This document shows positions 63,831 to 64,000 of a stretch of 64,000 nucleotides of DNA, piece by piece. The stretch covers positions 85,870,001 through 85,934,000 of the forward strand of contig NC_043000.1 of the NCBI RefSeq assembly GCF_006345805.1, in the 5' to 3' direction. The notes under the pieces are model-generated. The model had not been told where the DNA came from and searched no databases. It saw nothing but the letters and a program-made list of their open reading frames with translations. Origin of the DNA: Octopus sinensis (taxonomy: Eukaryota). The translations under genes and the position numbers were made by a program. Position 1 is the first letter of the stretch. Every line of letters begins with the position of its first letter.

Positions 63831-64000
63831 AGGATCTTGCAATTTGTGCTATTTATTTTCATGTTTCATTTTTTGATGGATATTTTCAGTTTGTCAATGA
63901 CAAAAGACGTTCAGGTTGTGTTGTCAGTATCTTAACAAGCATGGTGTACAAATATCTTACAAATATGGACTCTAAAACCTGAAGATTACAAATATGAACT

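Overview
AT-rich, microsatellite-dense animal genomic DNA. The SINE, RTE and microsatellite repertoire looks like a coleoid cephalopod (octopus-type); that assignment is inference, not verified. Only one host coding exon is well supported: a 1,074-nt phase-0/0 coiled-coil exon on the minus strand (47576-48649), so most of the window is probably intron. The rest is largely transposon debris: at least three tRNA-derived SINE families, two 5'-truncated RTE LINEs, many RTE 3' tails, a HERO-type RLE retrotransposon, a split Helitron, several mariner (DD34D) and maT (DD37D) elements, MITE/foldback elements, Penelope-like remnants and a 1.6-kb tandem duplication. Main observations: (1) a 587-bp locally templated insertion with a 26-bp target-site duplication and twin-priming geometry, which preserves the donor locus before a mariner inserted into it; (2) two minimal type-I hammerhead-ribozyme motifs with palindromic stem-III loops; (3) a C4HC3 PHD-type finger inside the RTE reverse transcriptase; (4) a near-perfect 185-bp inverted templated copy dropped into a SINE. 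All alignments were done by eye; no database searches were run. Repeat boundaries are approximate unless TIR/TSD coordinates are given.
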